A stretch of 64,000 bases of DNA, from contig CAZTFB010000002.1 in assembly GCA_964612595.1 (NCBI GenBank), positions 6,663 through 70,662 of the forward strand, written 5' to 3'. This document shows, piece by piece, positions 62,547-64,000 of this stretch (position 1 is the stretch's first letter; each line of letters opens with the position of its first letter). Under the pieces are notes generated by a model. That model had not been told where the DNA came from. It did no database searches and saw nothing but the letters and a program-made list of their open reading frames with translations. The DNA comes from an uncultured Gammaproteobacteria bacterium (GTDB lineage Bacteria > Patescibacteriota > Microgenomatia > UBA1406 > HO2-37-13b). Position numbers and translations under genes: made by a program.

Positions 62547-64000
62547 ATGTTGAAGGAAAACGTACAGAATGCTATTGCTGAGGCTCTAGGAAGTGCCGAT
62601 GTTACTCTCCTCTATCCCCGGGATACGTCTTTTGGCGACTATGCAATAAATGTACATCAGTTGAAAAAACTCAGTCTGTCAAACGACGATCTACTAGAAA
62701 AACTCGGTCACATAGAAATGTTTGAACGCATTGAACTTGTCTCAAGTTTTATTAATATTCGCATTAAGCAATCCATATTGATAGAACATCTTAATGCGAC
62801 GCTTGAACATGGGCTGCTAAATCTTATAAATAAAAATCCACAACGTATTAGTCTTGAATTTGGACAACCCAATACACATAAACTCCCACACATCGGCCAT
62901 CTCTTTTCATATACATATGGAGAAAGTATTGCGCGTTTACTTACCTATTCCGGCCATACCATTTTTCGATGCAATTATCAGGGAGATGTTGGTCTTCATG
63001 TAGCTAAATGTCTCTATGTGTTTATGCAAAAACCGACAGAAGAAAAGAACAAACTAAAAAATCTTCAAGAAAAGGCTGCATATCTCCAACTTTGCTATCA
63101 AGAAGGGTCTGCTCTATACGAAGCTGACCCCGAAGCCAAAATAAAAATAGATGTGCTCAACAAAGATATTTATCAACACAGTGAGTATATCGTCCCCACA
63201 TGGGAAGAGACAAGGAATTGGAGTATCGAATATTACAAAGAGTTTGAGAAGCGCCTTGGGACAACATATGATCGCTATTTCTACGAATCAGAAACGAGCC
63301 AATCTGGCATCGATTTAGTTAAAAAACATACAAGTGATATATTCGAAGAAAGTGAGGGTGCAACAGTATTTAAAGGCGAAAAATATGGATTGCATACCCG
63401 AGTGTTCCTAACCAAAAACAATACCCCTACGTATGAGGCAAAAGACATTGGCTTAATAAAGTTAAAGACTGAAGAGTGGCCTTTTGATCAAGCCATTATT
63501 ACGACGGCATCAGAACAAAACGCCTATTGGGCCGTCGTTAAGAAGGCAATAGAACTTATTTTTCCTGAACTTGAGGGAAAAATTAAACATATTGGATTTG
63601 GCATGATTGATCTTAAAGGAGGAAAGATGTCGTCGCGAACCGGCAACATCATTTCAGCAATCGAACTTGTAGATACATTGAAAAAAACAGTCTCCGACAA
63701 TCTTCTTAAAGATAAAACGAATGAAAAAGCAGCGGAAACTATTGCGGTTGGAGCAGTAAAATATGCGTTTCTAAAATCAGAAGCGCGCAAGAATATGCTA
63801 TTCGATATAGATCAGTCGGTATCTGTCCAAGGAAACTCAGGTCCATACTTGCAATATGCCTATGCAAGAATCCGAAGCGTACTCACAAAAGCAGCTTATA
63901 CACCACAAAACATAACCATCAGAGATAACGTTCTCGCTGAGGAAGACATTAATATTCTTCGTCTATTGCCAAAATTCGAAGATACTATCCTTGAAGCAGC
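62547..64000 (+). CDS. argS: Arginyl-tRNA synthetase, 3' end beyond the window
   Basis: Not in the ORF track (no stop in the window). My translation is MLKENVQNAIAEALG...EFGQPNTHKLPHIGHLFS (HIGH)...GGKMSSRTGNII. Confidence 0.88.
   Translation, partial: MLKENVQNAIAEALGSADVTLLYPRDTSFGDYAINVHQLKKLSLSNDDLLEKLGHIEMFERIELVSSFINIRIKQSILIEHLNATLEHGLLNLINKNPQRISLEFGQPNTHKLPHIGHLFSYTYGESIARLLTYSGHTIFRCNYQGDVGLHVAKCLYVFMQKPTEEKNKLKNLQEKAAYLQLCYQEGSALYEADPEAKIKIDVLNKDIYQHSEYIVPTWEETRNWSIEYYKEFEKRLGTTYDRYFYESETSQSGIDLVKKHTSDIFEESEGATVFKGEKYGLHTRVFLTKNNTPTYEAKDIGLIKLKTEEWPFDQAIITTASEQNAYWAVVKKAIELIFPELEGKIKHIGFGMIDLKGGKMSSRTGNIISAIELVDTLKKTVSDNLLKDKTNEKAAETIAVGAVKYAFLKSEARKNMLFDIDQSVSVQGNSGPYLQYAYARIRSVLTKAAYTPQNITIRDNVLAEEDINILRLLPKFEDTILEA

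Overview
This is a low-GC bacterial chromosome segment; hand counts of 60-nt samples give about 33-45% GC. The gene set looks like a reduced CPR/Patescibacteria-type genome. It includes archaeal-type TyrRS, MetRS, ArgRS, Fmt, Rho, GdhA, YchF, Dus, TatD, RpiB, Rpe, DprA, a PBP2/FtsI transpeptidase, a LysM-M23 peptidase and an O-antigen-ligase/TPR protein. There are also many large Pro/Thr-rich or Cys-rich secreted proteins and a PilX-like pilus protein. I found no rRNA, tRNA or CRISPR array by eye. The main observation is nine sharply bounded high-GC transcription units (about 52-73% GC) sitting in intergenic spacers between intact backbone genes: A 15990-16925, B 19228-22100, C 24270-25572, D 34320-35830, E 38063-38434, F 41545-41996, G1 46230-46690, G2 46711-47165 and H 53458-54290. 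Their ORFs carry strong AGGAGG-type Shine-Dalgarno sites, often long structured leaders, and GC-rich 3' hairpins. Backbone operon heads are instead almost all leaderless, with (TGn)TATAAT 5-8 nt before the ATG and no SD. Cassette products are small, secreted or membrane proteins that I cannot assign to a family. Two of them mirror the adjacent backbone gene: a sorting-signal surface protein lies next to a sortase-fold protein, and a CPA1-like antiporter lies next to a CPA1 antiporter. Other items are a REP-RAYT unit with dispersed REP hairpins and a kinase-linked five-gene enzyme operon (amino-acid dehydrogenase, PaaK-like ligase, ThiF-nitroreductase fusion, hydrolase, sensor kinase). There is also an ATP-grasp plus GATase operon behind a terminator-containing leader, a PKD/dockerin secreted trio, and a Cys-rich adhesin-like protein coupled to a PilX-like gene. 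Assembly chimerism or artificial splicing cannot be excluded from the sequence alone.
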